DNA of 64,000 nucleotides from Ignavibacteriota bacterium (GTDB lineage Bacteria > Bacteroidota > Ignavibacteria > UBA10030 > UBA6906): the NCBI GenBank assembly GCA_963748405.1, contig CAVVIT010000010.1:819-64818 (forward strand). Reading direction: 5' to 3'. The notes under the pieces were generated by a model that saw nothing but the letters and a program-made list of their open reading frames with translations, was not told where the DNA came from and did no database searches. The translations under genes were made by a program, and so were the position numbers. Numbering within the stretch: position 1 is the first letter of the stretch; the number at the start of each line of letters is the position of its first letter. Below are positions 29,358 to 38,286 of the stretch, piece after piece.

Positions 29358-29402
29358 GAAGCGGCCCGACAGGCCGGTCATCAATCATCCCTCGGGTATC
29401 CC

Positions 29403-30095
29403 ATGAAGAAGATCGGACTTGTGGGCGGCATCGGCCCCGAATCGACGCTCGATTACTACAGGAACATCACCGGCGCATTCCGGGATTCGTACGAAACGAC
29501 CGGGTTCCCCGAGATCGTCATCGAGAGCATCGACCTGAAGAATTTCAACGCCCTCGTCGAAGCGGGGAAGTGGGAGTCCGTGATCCAGCTCGTGTCGTTC
29601 AAGTGCGGGCTGCTCAGGCGGTGCGGAGCTGAAATCGGCGCGATGGCCTCCAATACCCCCCACGCCGTCTTTGACGCGATACAGGCGAAGACCGACCTCC
29701 CCCTCATCAGCATCGTGGCGGTCACGGTCGACTATGCCCGGACGCTCAACGTCCGGTCGCTCTGCCTCCTGGGCACGAAGTTCACGATGACGTCCGATTA
29801 CTATCAGGACGAATTCGACAAGTACAATATCCGGCTCACCACCCCTGAGCCGGAGGAGATCGACCGCATCCAGCACATACTCTTCAAAGAAGTCGAGCTC
29901 GGCGTCATCAGGGAAAAGTCGCGCGCCGAGCTTGTCGCGATCATCAACAGGATCAGGAAAACGGCGGGGGTCGAAGGGGTGATACTCGGGTGCACCGAGC
30001 TTCCGCTTATCCTCTCGCAGAAGGACCTGGCGCTCCACTGCATCAATCCGTCCCGGATTCACGTCGACGCGCTTGTGAAGGAGAGCATCTCGTGA
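29403..30095 (+). CDS. Aspartate/glutamate racemase family protein (RacX/YgeA-like)
   Basis: IGLVGGIGPESTLDYY, ASNTPH, LLGTKFTM and ILGCTELP. Confidence 0.9.
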   Translation: MKKIGLVGGIGPESTLDYYRNITGAFRDSYETTGFPEIVIESIDLKNFNALVEAGKWESVIQLVSFKCGLLRRCGAEIGAMASNTPHAVFDAIQAKTDLPLISIVAVTVDYARTLNVRSLCLLGTKFTMTSDYYQDEFDKYNIRLTTPEPEEIDRIQHILFKEVELGVIREKSRAELVAIINRIRKTAGVEGVILGCTELPLILSQKDLALHCINPSRIHVDALVKESIS

Positions 30096-30120
30096 CGACG
30101 ACCGGGTTCCCCTGACCGGA

Positions 30121-31383
30121 TCACCGGTCGGCGGAAGCCCTGCGCCTGAACGCCAGGTGCACGCCCGTCGCCCCCAGCAGGCAGAAGACCCCGCCGGCCT
30201 GGAGCGCAAACCCCGACGACGTGTGGGAGGCGACGAGTCCCATCCAGAAGCTGCCGATCGGCATTCCCCCGCCGAAGACGAGCGCCCATATCCCCATCAG
30301 CCGCCCCCGGAGGTGATCGGGCGAATGCGTCTGTATGATGCTGTTCCCGATCGAGGCAAACAGGATGATGCCGAACCCGGCGAAGACGATGAAGAATCCC
30401 GCCCCGACGATGCCGTGCATGAAGCCGAAGAGGAATATGAATGCGCCGAATATACCCGCCCCGGCATACATCGATCTGACCTGAACGAGCCGTTGCCCCT
30501 GCGCGGCCACGGTGAATGCGGCCGTACACGCCCCAAGCCCGTTCAGGGCCAGCACCCAGCCGTAGCCCCGCGCGTCCGCGTTGAGTTGCGTGACGACGAA
30601 CGCCGAAAGCTGGGATTGGTACGCCCAGCCCCCCACCCCGATGAAGAACAGCAGTGCGACGGCCGTGGCCAGCTCCGGGTTTGTCCCGAGGTAGCGCAGC
30701 CCCTCGAGCGTGTACCTCAAGTCGGCCCGCGCCTTGTTCGGCGCGTAGTGGGATGCCGGGAGCTGAATCCTGTGAATCGCGTAGAGAACCGCCGAATAGC
30801 TTGCGGCGTCCAGCAGAAAGCACCAGGCCGATCCGAACGAGGCCAGGAGGATGCCGGCGAGGGCCGGGCCGATGACCCGGGTGGAATTCACCATGGCGCT
30901 GTTGAGCGCGATGGCATTCACAAGATCCTTCTTGCCGACGAGCTCGACCATGAGCGTCTGCCGCGAGGGCATCTCAAATGTCGTCGAGAGTCCCCAGAGG
31001 AACGAGAAGGTCATGAGATACGCGATGTGCACGGGACCGCGGAAGAGCATGACGGCGAGTGTGAGCGACGAGAGCATCGAAAACCAGCTCGTCCAGGTGA
31101 ATATCCGGATTTTGGGAATGCGGTCGGCAAGCGCACCCGCAAACAGGGCGAAGATGAACATGGGAAGCGTGTTGAGCATGAACACGATCCCCAGCAGGAG
31201 CTCGGAATGGGTGAACTGGAATGAAACCCACCCGAGCGCGGCGGTGCGGATCCACGTGCCGATCAGCGAAACGGTCTGCCCGGAGTAGAAATACCGGTAG
31301 TTGGGATTGCGGAGTGCGGAGAAGATTCTCTTCCAGCCTTCGGGCCGGGCCGGGTCTGCGCTTGAAGCGGGAACAGGGATCAC
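30121..31383 (-). CDS. MFS transporter (EntS/DUF894-like efflux type)
   Basis: FSALRNPNYR, GQTVSLIGTW, AGALADR, NAIALNS and RGRLMG. 12 transmembrane segments. Confidence 0.88.
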   Translation of the reverse strand: MIPVPASSADPARPEGWKRIFSALRNPNYRYFYSGQTVSLIGTWIRTAALGWVSFQFTHSELLLGIVFMLNTLPMFIFALFAGALADRIPKIRIFTWTSWFSMLSSLTLAVMLFRGPVHIAYLMTFSFLWGLSTTFEMPSRQTLMVELVGKKDLVNAIALNSAMVNSTRVIGPALAGILLASFGSAWCFLLDAASYSAVLYAIHRIQLPASHYAPNKARADLRYTLEGLRYLGTNPELATAVALLFFIGVGGWAYQSQLSAFVVTQLNADARGYGWVLALNGLGACTAAFTVAAQGQRLVQVRSMYAGAGIFGAFIFLFGFMHGIVGAGFFIVFAGFGIILFASIGNSIIQTHSPDHLRGRLMGIWALVFGGGMPIGSFWMGLVASHTSSGFALQAGGVFCLLGATGVHLAFRRRASADR

Positions 31384-31396
31384 TCGGAGGTGTTTC

Positions 31397-32191
31397 CTAT
31401 CGAAGAATGATGAGGCGTTTTGTCCCGGCGTAGCTTCCCGCCACCAGCCTGTAGAAGTAGACGCCTGTTGCGAGCTTCGCGCCGTCGAGTCTCACCAGGT
31501 GATACCCTGCGTCCTCTTCGCCGTCCACCAGTGTGGCGACCTTCCGGCCTGTCAGGTCGAACAGCGTCAACGTGACGTGTGACTTCCGGGGGATGCCGTA
31601 CCGGATCGTCGTCGAGGGGTTGAACGGGTTGGGGAAATTCTGGTCAACCTGCACGCTCTGGGGCACTCCCCCCGGAATGGCATCGAGCGACGTCACGACC
31701 GTGGTAAAATCGATGCCGACCCCCCATTCCTCAAGTATCCCCATCCTGTCCACTGAATGATTCGTAATCCTGAGAATCCACAGTCCCGTGGCGTCAGTCC
31801 CGGTGAACTGTGCGAGCGACCTTGCCGGCTGAAACGTTCCCGTGAACGGAGGCGCACCCTGTGACACCGGCACGGCCGCCGTGTCGTCAAACATCGTGTG
31901 CGTGAAATCTGCGCCGCTGAATCCGAGCCCGTGAACAAGCGAGTCGTTCACCCCGGCGTGGATAAGGGAGATGTCCAGCGCCTCGTCCTGGGGGAAGTCG
32001 ATGCTGTCGATCCTGACCGAGACGCTTTGAACGATTCTCCTGAGCCCCGGATCAGGGGGGAAGAACCCGAGCGTATCGGACGTGGTCTTTCCCGGGGAGA
32101 TCACCCGTTGAAGTCCGGTTCTGAGCAATTGCGCGGCTGCGGAAGCTTCCGCGACGAACAGCCCGATGAGTAAGAACATGACAACACGCAT
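31397..32191 (-). CDS. Small T9SS cargo with proprotein-convertase P-domain-like fold and CTD
   Basis: Signal peptide. LDISLIH, FDD.A, LAQFTGTDATGLWILRI and GILEEW (P-domain). QNFPNPFNPST CTD. Confidence 0.78.
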   Translation of the reverse strand: MRVVMFLLIGLFVAEASAAAQLLRTGLQRVISPGKTTSDTLGFFPPDPGLRRIVQSVSVRIDSIDFPQDEALDISLIHAGVNDSLVHGLGFSGADFTHTMFDDTAAVPVSQGAPPFTGTFQPARSLAQFTGTDATGLWILRITNHSVDRMGILEEWGVGIDFTTVVTSLDAIPGGVPQSVQVDQNFPNPFNPSTTIRYGIPRKSHVTLTLFDLTGRKVATLVDGEEDAGYHLVRLDGAKLATGVYFYRLVAGSYAGTKRLIILR

Positions 32192-32374
32192 ACACGCTCT
32201 CCCTGCAATCACTCCTGCGGCGGCGCCGGACCGTCCTGTCCCTCCCCTGACCCGGTTTGTCCCTCTGCGTTTGGAAGTGTGCCTCTCATATTCTACACTT
32301 CCGGGGCCACATAATCAAAGGACCCGAGGGTCCATGACTCTGCCCCCCGCCGACGGGGCGACGACCCGGACGTT

Positions 32375-32427
32375 TTGCAATTTGGCCCGAAAGTATGTAT
32401 AATCATATATATGAGTATATGTATAAT
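32375..32427 (+). promoter_or_regulatory. Sigma70-type promoter and probable operator of the TA operon
   Basis: TTGCAA (32375-80), 17 bp, TATAAT (32398-403). Perfect palindrome TCATATATATGA (32403-14). TATGTATAAT repeated at 32394 and 32418. AT-rich island in GC-rich DNA. Confidence 0.75.
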
Positions 32428-32461
32428 TCGCACTTGAATCGACCGGTTTCCTGGAGGACGA

Positions 32462-32716
32462 TTGGAAAAATCACATGCCCCGGGTAGTAAACAGAGAGTG
32501 AACTTTCTGTTTCCCAACGACCTCCTTCGGGAAGCGAGACGTGCCGCCGGAGAACTCGATTGTACGCTCACCGATTTCATCCGGGCAGCAGTGTCCAGCT
32601 TCCTGAGGGATCACGACAAGGCGAAAATGGTGAAGGAACTTGAAGAGGGCTACAGGGCCAACTATGAGTACTACGCACGCTTGAACAGGGAATGGGAACT
32701 TGCAGATTCCGAGTAA
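32462..32716 (+). CDS. Ribbon-helix-helix antitoxin (MazE/NdoAI-like)
   Basis: GGAGG RBS and TTG start. RVNFLFP..LL...TDFIRAAV (RHH). Acidic tail LEEGY...EWELADSE. Overlaps the toxin gene. Confidence 0.75.
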   Translation: MEKSHAPGSKQRVNFLFPNDLLREARRAAGELDCTLTDFIRAAVSSFLRDHDKAKMVKELEEGYRANYEYYARLNREWELADSE

Positions 32717-33083
32717 CCCATCGGGCCTCGTCGAGCCTCTTCTCAGGGGCGATGTCTATGAGATAAGCCTCGACCCGACTGTCGGCGGCGGGATCAGGAA
32801 AAGCCGTCCCGCGCTCGTCATACAGAACAACACGGGGAACAAGTTCAGCCCCGTAACAATTGTTGTTCCGATATCCTCCACAAAGGAAATCACGCGCCCG
32901 CTCCCGATCATGGTCTTTCTTCGCGACGGAGAAGGAGGGCTGAAGGGGGATGGGTACGTCGACTGCGGTCAGATCCGGACCGTCGACAAACACCTGAGGC
33001 TTGTGCATAAATGGGGGCGCCTGTCTTCGAAGCGAATGGCGGAAATTGACAGGGTCCTCCGCATATCTCTCGACCTCGGTTGA
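32700..33083 (+). CDS. mazF: PemK/MazF-family endoribonuclease toxin
   Basis: RGDVYEISLDP.VG...KSRPALVIQN, VVPISS, QIRTVDK.RL and G.L. The exact start is uncertain. Confidence 0.88.
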   Translation: MQIPSNPSGLVEPLLRGDVYEISLDPTVGGGIRKSRPALVIQNNTGNKFSPVTIVVPISSTKEITRPLPIMVFLRDGEGGLKGDGYVDCGQIRTVDKHLRLVHKWGRLSSKRMAEIDRVLRISLDLG

Positions 33084-33124
33084 CTCTCTCCTGAATTAGC
33101 GGTTCATTTTACAGCAGCTCTTTG

Positions 33125-33168
33125 ACGCCCCCCTTGCCCCGGTACACATCAAGGGGGGTGTTCTGTTT
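33125..33168 (+). terminator. Possible terminator hairpin after the TA operon
   Basis: 12-bp stem ACGCCCCCCTTG / CAAGGGGGGTGT (one G-U pair) with a 13-nt loop. The T tract is weak. Confidence 0.4.
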
Positions 33169-33197
33169 CCATCCCATCGACAAATCCCGAAATCGCA

Positions 33198-34313
33198 GTG
33201 AATGCGGCATTCATCATTCTTCTTCTCCTGCACGGCCTCATCCACCTCATGGGTTTCGTGAAGGGATTCTGGCCCGCCCGGGTCAGCCGGCTGACGAACC
33301 CGGTTTCAAAGGCCTCCGGAGCGTTCTGGCTTGCGGCAACCGTGCTTTTTCTCGCCGCAGGCATCCTGCTCGCATTGGACAGCGGCTCCTGGTGGATTGC
33401 CGCGCTCCCCGCCCTCCTGATCTCGCAGGCACTCATCGTGCAATCCTGGAGCGACGCGAAGTTCGGCACGATTGCCAACGTGATCATACTTCTCCCCCTT
33501 GTCGTGGCGATCCTCGGGGCCCTTCCTTCCAGTTTTCCCAACCGGTTCAGAAGTGAAGCGACGGAAATGCTCGCCCGTCAGCCCCAACCCTCTCTCCTGA
33601 CGATGGAGGACATACGGCATCTCCCGGTTCCCGTTCAAAAGTACCTGCTCTACGCGGGCGCCGTCGGTAAGTCGAAGGTCGTCAACGTCAGGGCGGTATT
33701 TCGCGGCTCGATGAAGAGATCCGTGGGGAGCGATTGGATGGACATTACGTCCGACCAGTATGACTGGTTCGGTGACCCGGCGCGGCTCTTCTACATCAGA
33801 TCGTCGATATTCGGAATCCCCTTCGACGGGCTTCATATGTACGTGGGGAACAGCGCGACGATGCAGATCAATGTGGCATCGGTCTTCCAGGTGGCGGACG
33901 CGAAAGGGGAGAAGATGACGCACGGCGAAACGGTCACACTGTTCAACGACATGTGCTTCATCGCTCCTCCGGCGCTGATCGACAGCTCCATCGCATGGAG
34001 AACGATCGATTCCCTCAACGTCGAGGCGACATTCACCAACAAAGGGAACACGATCACGGCGGTCCTCTCGTTCAATGAAAATGGAGAGTTGACGAACTTC
34101 ACCTCGAACGACAGGTACCTCTCCGCCGACGGGAAGACGTACGAAAGCTATCCCTGGTCGACACCGGTGGGGAGCTACAGGGAGTACGGAGGGAGAAAGG
34201 TCGCCTCATACGGAGAGGCGGTCTGGCGTATGCCCGCGGGTGATTTCACGTACGCCCGGTTCAACCTCAAGGCGATCGAATACAACTGCGCGGGATTCGG
34301 AGAAATCCGCTGA
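33198..34313 (+). CDS. Membrane-anchored DUF6544-like protein
   Basis: Four N-terminal transmembrane segments (HGLIHLMGF...WSDAKFGTIAN), then LPVPVQKYL, ETVTLFNDM and WSTP motifs. Confidence 0.7.
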   Translation: MNAAFIILLLLHGLIHLMGFVKGFWPARVSRLTNPVSKASGAFWLAATVLFLAAGILLALDSGSWWIAALPALLISQALIVQSWSDAKFGTIANVIILLPLVVAILGALPSSFPNRFRSEATEMLARQPQPSLLTMEDIRHLPVPVQKYLLYAGAVGKSKVVNVRAVFRGSMKRSVGSDWMDITSDQYDWFGDPARLFYIRSSIFGIPFDGLHMYVGNSATMQINVASVFQVADAKGEKMTHGETVTLFNDMCFIAPPALIDSSIAWRTIDSLNVEATFTNKGNTITAVLSFNENGELTNFTSNDRYLSADGKTYESYPWSTPVGSYREYGGRKVASYGEAVWRMPAGDFTYARFNLKAIEYNCAGFGEIR

Positions 34314-34363
34314 CCCCGCTTCGTTTCGTTCGTGGATGTGCTGAACGCTTTCGATTGCCCGGC

Positions 34364-35521
34364 CTAAAGAGGCGGAAGATCAAGGAGGAGTCGCGAGAGG
34401 GGGACAGCTACCACTTTGCGATGGAGCTGAAAAGTGTCTTCCCCCGCGTGAATAACAAAAAGGCGGCGCAGACGGAGATCTGTGAGAACATGGCGCATGG
34501 ACGGGGTCAATCGGGGCGAAGAAGTCCGTTTGATCTCGATGCCGATGCGTTGATTCCCCCTTACCACGAGGAGGTCCAGCTCTGCCCCACCGTGCGTGGC
34601 CCAGAAGAAGCACTCATCCGCCCTTGCGCCGAGCCGGCGGACGACCTGGCCGATGACGAAGCCTTCCCAGGAAGCGCCGACTTTAGGATGGCCCTCCAGA
34701 TCTGCCATATTCTGCAGACCCAGAAGTGTATGCAGGAGTCCGCTGTCCGCAATGAAAACTTTTGGGGCCTTGACCTGTCGCTTCCCGAGGTTTTCAAACC
34801 ACGGCGGGATCTGACGCACAACAAGAGCGCTTGTAAGAAGATCAAGATACCTGTGTACCGTCGTGTCGGATAAGCCGAAGGAGCGCGCCAGCTCCGAGGA
34901 ATTCCAGGTCTGGCCGTGGTAGTGGGCGAGCATCATCCAGAACCGCCGCAGAGTGGTGGAAGAGATGGTGATGCCGAGCTGGGGAAGATCCCGCTCGAGG
35001 AACGTGCTGATGAACCCCCGTCTCCACTCGGAACTGGCGGAGTTGCTGGAAGCAAGGAACGATCTGGGAAACCCGCCACGAAGCCATAGGCGGTCGGCAT
35101 GCGCGACACCGACTTCGTCGATTCCGAAACCCTGAAGTTCGTGATAGTAAATGCGTCCGGCAAGAGTTTCAGACCCTTCCCGTATGAGCACGGGAGAAGC
35201 ACCGCCGAGTATCAGGAACCGTGTCCTCAGCGGTCGTCTGTCGGCGAGGACCCTGAGTACCTGGAGGAGTTCGGGCATGCGCTGCACTTCGTCGATGATG
35301 ACGAGCCCCTTGATGCCCTTGAGCGCGAGCATCGGGTCTGACAGGCGGGACCGGTGCTCGGGATTCTCAAGATCGAAATAGGCGGGAACGGACCGCGATC
35401 TCCCGCGAATGTGCTTCGCGAGCGTGGTTTTCCCGACCTGTCGGGCGCCGATAATGCCCACCACCGGATAGCGGGTGAGCAACTGTGACAGGGTTGTCCG
35501 TTCCCGTGCGCGTTGAATCAT
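34364..35521 (-). CDS. AAA_14 ATPase with DUF4143 domain
   Basis: Walker A GARQVGKTT, Walker B IIDEVQ, SETLAGR, RGGFP, KAPKVFIADSGL and C-terminal ELDL...IEIK nuclease-like motif. Confidence 0.9.
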   Translation of the reverse strand: MIQRARERTTLSQLLTRYPVVGIIGARQVGKTTLAKHIRGRSRSVPAYFDLENPEHRSRLSDPMLALKGIKGLVIIDEVQRMPELLQVLRVLADRRPLRTRFLILGGASPVLIREGSETLAGRIYYHELQGFGIDEVGVAHADRLWLRGGFPRSFLASSNSASSEWRRGFISTFLERDLPQLGITISSTTLRRFWMMLAHYHGQTWNSSELARSFGLSDTTVHRYLDLLTSALVVRQIPPWFENLGKRQVKAPKVFIADSGLLHTLLGLQNMADLEGHPKVGASWEGFVIGQVVRRLGARADECFFWATHGGAELDLLVVRGNQRIGIEIKRTSSPRLTPSMRHVLTDLRLRRLFVIHAGEDTFQLHRKVVAVPLSRLLLDLPPL

Positions 35522-35528
35522 GGCAGAT

Positions 35529-35557
35529 AATCTACCTTGAAATCTCTGCATTGTCAA
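35529..35557 (-). promoter_or_regulatory. Sigma70-type promoter for the AAA-DUF4143 gene (probably leaderless)
   Basis: On the minus strand: TTGACA (35557-52), 17 bp, TAGATT (35534-29), 7 nt, then ATG at 35521. Confidence 0.6.
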
Positions 35558-35628
35558 CCGAATTTTCAATGTGCCATTTTGCGCCCGGTGTGAGGATGTT
35601 TCCGGGGCTGCTCATGGAGGAGACCTCA

Positions 35629-38211
35629 ATGAACTCTCGATGCAGAACGATCATCCTGCTTGCCGGCGCGATCATATTCCTTTGGCTTGATGCGGTCGCA
35701 GGCCCGACATCGACGATCTACGTTGTCCCGAACGGGACGGGGAAAATCCGGCTTGCGGCAAAGGAGGTCCGGAGGTATTTCTACCTCGTGACCGGCACAC
35801 TCCCCGAAATCGCCCACTGGAAGGCCGGCACCACTCCGCCCGGCATTTCCTTCTTCCTCCTTACGTCAACGGGGAACCTCCCGCACCTCCCTCCCGGCGT
35901 GGTCATCCCCGATGCCGCCAGGCACCTCGGTGCGGAGAGCTACTGGGTCAGGACATTCAGGCATGCCGGGAAGACCGTTCACGTCATCGCCGGCGGCGGC
36001 GAGATGGGCGTTCTTTACGGGGCGTTCGCGTTCGCCGAAGGGCTCGGTGTGAGGTTCTACCTGGACGGTGACGTCATACCCGAACCCGCCGTGTCTCCGG
36101 AGAGCATCTCCGTAACAGAGAAAACCGGCACGCCTCTCTTTTCCATCCGGGGCATACAGCCGTTTCACGATTTTCCCGAGGGGCCCGACTGGTGGACGCG
36201 CGACGACTACAAGGCGGTCCTCTCCCAGCTCCTCCGGCTTAAGATGAATTTCATCGGGCTTCATGCGTACCCCGAAGGGGGTGTCGGGCCCGAACCGCTC
36301 GTCTGGATCGGTCCGAAGGAAGACATCGCTCCCTCCGGCGGCGTGAGCGCATCCTATCCCGCGCGGCACTTCACAAACCTGAACGGGACGTGGGGTTACG
36401 CTTCCCGGCCCACGTCAGCGTATTCGAACCGGCTGGGGGATCTCTTCGACGACGACGCCTACGGCACATCGTACATGAAAGGGATCGACAAATGGCCCCC
36501 GGGCCCCGTACAGGAGAACGCCCTCTTTGATACCGTCGCGAATTTCTACTCCGACGTCTTTACGTTCGCGCACGAGTTGGGCGTCAGGACGTGCATCGGG
36601 ACGGAGACCCCTCTCGTGGTCCCTGCGCGCGTCAGGGAGCGTCTCGCCTCGAGGGGAATCGCGCCGGCGGATTCCTCCTCCACGCAGCTCCTCTATGAGG
36701 GGATGTTTGAGTGGGTGAAGAAACACTATCCCGTTGACTACTACTGGCTCTGGACTCCGGAGGACTGGACGTGGAGGGAGAACACGCCGGAGGAGCTCCG
36801 GAAGACCGCATTCGACCTGGAATCGGCGAAGCGGGCCGCGAAGAGCGTGAACGCCCCGTTCACGCTGGCCACGTGCGGGTGGGTGCTGGGGCCGGCAACC
36901 GATCGTTCGTACTTTGACAGGATCCTCCCGAAGACCTGGCCGATGAGCTGCATCAACCGGTATGTCGGTTTCGAGCCCATCGAAGAAGGGTTCACCCGGT
37001 CCGCGGGGCGGCCGCTCTGGGCGATCCCCTGGTTGGAGGATGATCCAGGTCTCTCCCAGCCGCAGCTCTGGGCAGGGCGCGTGAGGCGCGACGCCGTGGA
37101 TGCCGCGGCGTACGGGTGCACGGGGCTGATCGGCATACACTGGAGGACCCGCATACTCGGGCCCAACGTCTCCGCGCTCGCATCGGCGGCGTGGGAACAG
37201 CCCTGGAATCCGGACCTCGGCCTCAGGTCCACCCCCGCGGCGGCGGCGGAGCGGAAGAAGACGATGAACCTGGATTTCCCCGTCGAGGATTTCTACAGGG
37301 ACTGGGCGAAGCACAGTTTCGGGGGGGATTCGTCGGAGGCCATCGCCCGGATATTCTCCCGGCTCGACGGCGGCCCGGCATTCAAGCCCTCAGGCGGACT
37401 CCGCACCTGGATGCCGAGGCCTGCCGACTGGATGGACGGACCGGGGGGGATCAAAGCAGACACGCTCTTGTGGGAACAGCGGAGCGCGACCTACAGGTTC
37501 GTCGACACGCTCGAGTCTCTCGGCAGGAGCGTCACCACGCCGGGCGCGCGTGAACGATTCGCCTACTGGCTCAACATGTTCAGGTATCTCCGTTCGGTCG
37601 GCAAGTTCTCCTGCACGCTGGGTGAGATTCAGAGGCTGGCCGATGCGCTGGCGAAGGATTCGACGGGGGACCGCCCGGCATACCGGGAGAAGTTTGTGTT
37701 GCTCCGGAGGCGACAGATCGCCGAACTCGAGGAGGTTCTCACGCATCTTGTCGAGACGGTCAGCACGAAGGGAGAATTTGGCACAATAGCGAACTGGCAG
37801 CAGCATATCCGTGATCTGTCGCTCGATAAGCAGGCCGCGCGGATCGAGTCTCTCACGGGAATGAAGCTTCCCGATGACTGCCGTCCGGAGACCCGGCTTC
37901 TCGACGTCAGGCGGATGATCATCCCCACGGTCAGGAATACGCTCCGGAAGGGTGAATCCCTCAACCTCGAGGCTCATTTTTACGGGCCTGCGCCCGGGAC
38001 CGTCGCCGTGCGCTGGCGAGTGCTCGGGGGGCGGGATTTCCAGACACGGGCATTTGTCCGCGTCGCAAGGAACGTGTATGCGGTATCCGTCCCCCCGGAG
38101 CGTATCCCGAACGACTTCGAGTATGTCGTCGAGGCGACAGGGAGGGATTCGGGGAAGTTCACGTTCCCCGCGTCGGCGCCGGGCCAGCTCCAGACCGTCG
38201 TGGTTTTTTGA
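35629..38211 (+). CDS. Secreted putative glycoside hydrolase (GH67/GH20-like N-terminal domain plus probable TIM barrel), family unassigned
   Basis: GGAGG RBS and signal peptide. LAAKEVRRY...ESY...IAGG...GVLYG....E.LGVRF N-domain, then RGIQPFHDF, KMNFIGLH, YYWLWTPE and WAIPWLEDD. Confidence 0.6.
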   Translation: MNSRCRTIILLAGAIIFLWLDAVAGPTSTIYVVPNGTGKIRLAAKEVRRYFYLVTGTLPEIAHWKAGTTPPGISFFLLTSTGNLPHLPPGVVIPDAARHLGAESYWVRTFRHAGKTVHVIAGGGEMGVLYGAFAFAEGLGVRFYLDGDVIPEPAVSPESISVTEKTGTPLFSIRGIQPFHDFPEGPDWWTRDDYKAVLSQLLRLKMNFIGLHAYPEGGVGPEPLVWIGPKEDIAPSGGVSASYPARHFTNLNGTWGYASRPTSAYSNRLGDLFDDDAYGTSYMKGIDKWPPGPVQENALFDTVANFYSDVFTFAHELGVRTCIGTETPLVVPARVRERLASRGIAPADSSSTQLLYEGMFEWVKKHYPVDYYWLWTPEDWTWRENTPEELRKTAFDLESAKRAAKSVNAPFTLATCGWVLGPATDRSYFDRILPKTWPMSCINRYVGFEPIEEGFTRSAGRPLWAIPWLEDDPGLSQPQLWAGRVRRDAVDAAAYGCTGLIGIHWRTRILGPNVSALASAAWEQPWNPDLGLRSTPAAAAERKKTMNLDFPVEDFYRDWAKHSFGGDSSEAIARIFSRLDGGPAFKPSGGLRTWMPRPADWMDGPGGIKADTLLWEQRSATYRFVDTLESLGRSVTTPGARERFAYWLNMFRYLRSVGKFSCTLGEIQRLADALAKDSTGDRPAYREKFVLLRRRQIAELEEVLTHLVETVSTKGEFGTIANWQQHIRDLSLDKQAARIESLTGMKLPDDCRPETRLLDVRRMIIPTVRNTLRKGESLNLEAHFYGPAPGTVAVRWRVLGGRDFQTRAFVRVARNVYAVSVPPERIPNDFEYVVEATGRDSGKFTFPASAPGQLQTVVVF

Positions 38212-38286
38212 ATATCGCTCCGGAATGGTCCATCGCGGCGCGGAAATTACTTTGATTCCGGCTCAGATTATTGTTCATTCTGTACC

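Noticed and set aside
34318-34333. GCTTCGTTTCGTTCG as a reverse-strand copy of the repeat family
   Set aside because: It resembles only the CGAAGC core and has no GTCATTG tag or GCAA end, so it is too short to support.
32220-35600. Genomic island or prophage around the TA and AAA genes
   Set aside because: I saw no integrase, transposase, tRNA or flanking direct repeats.
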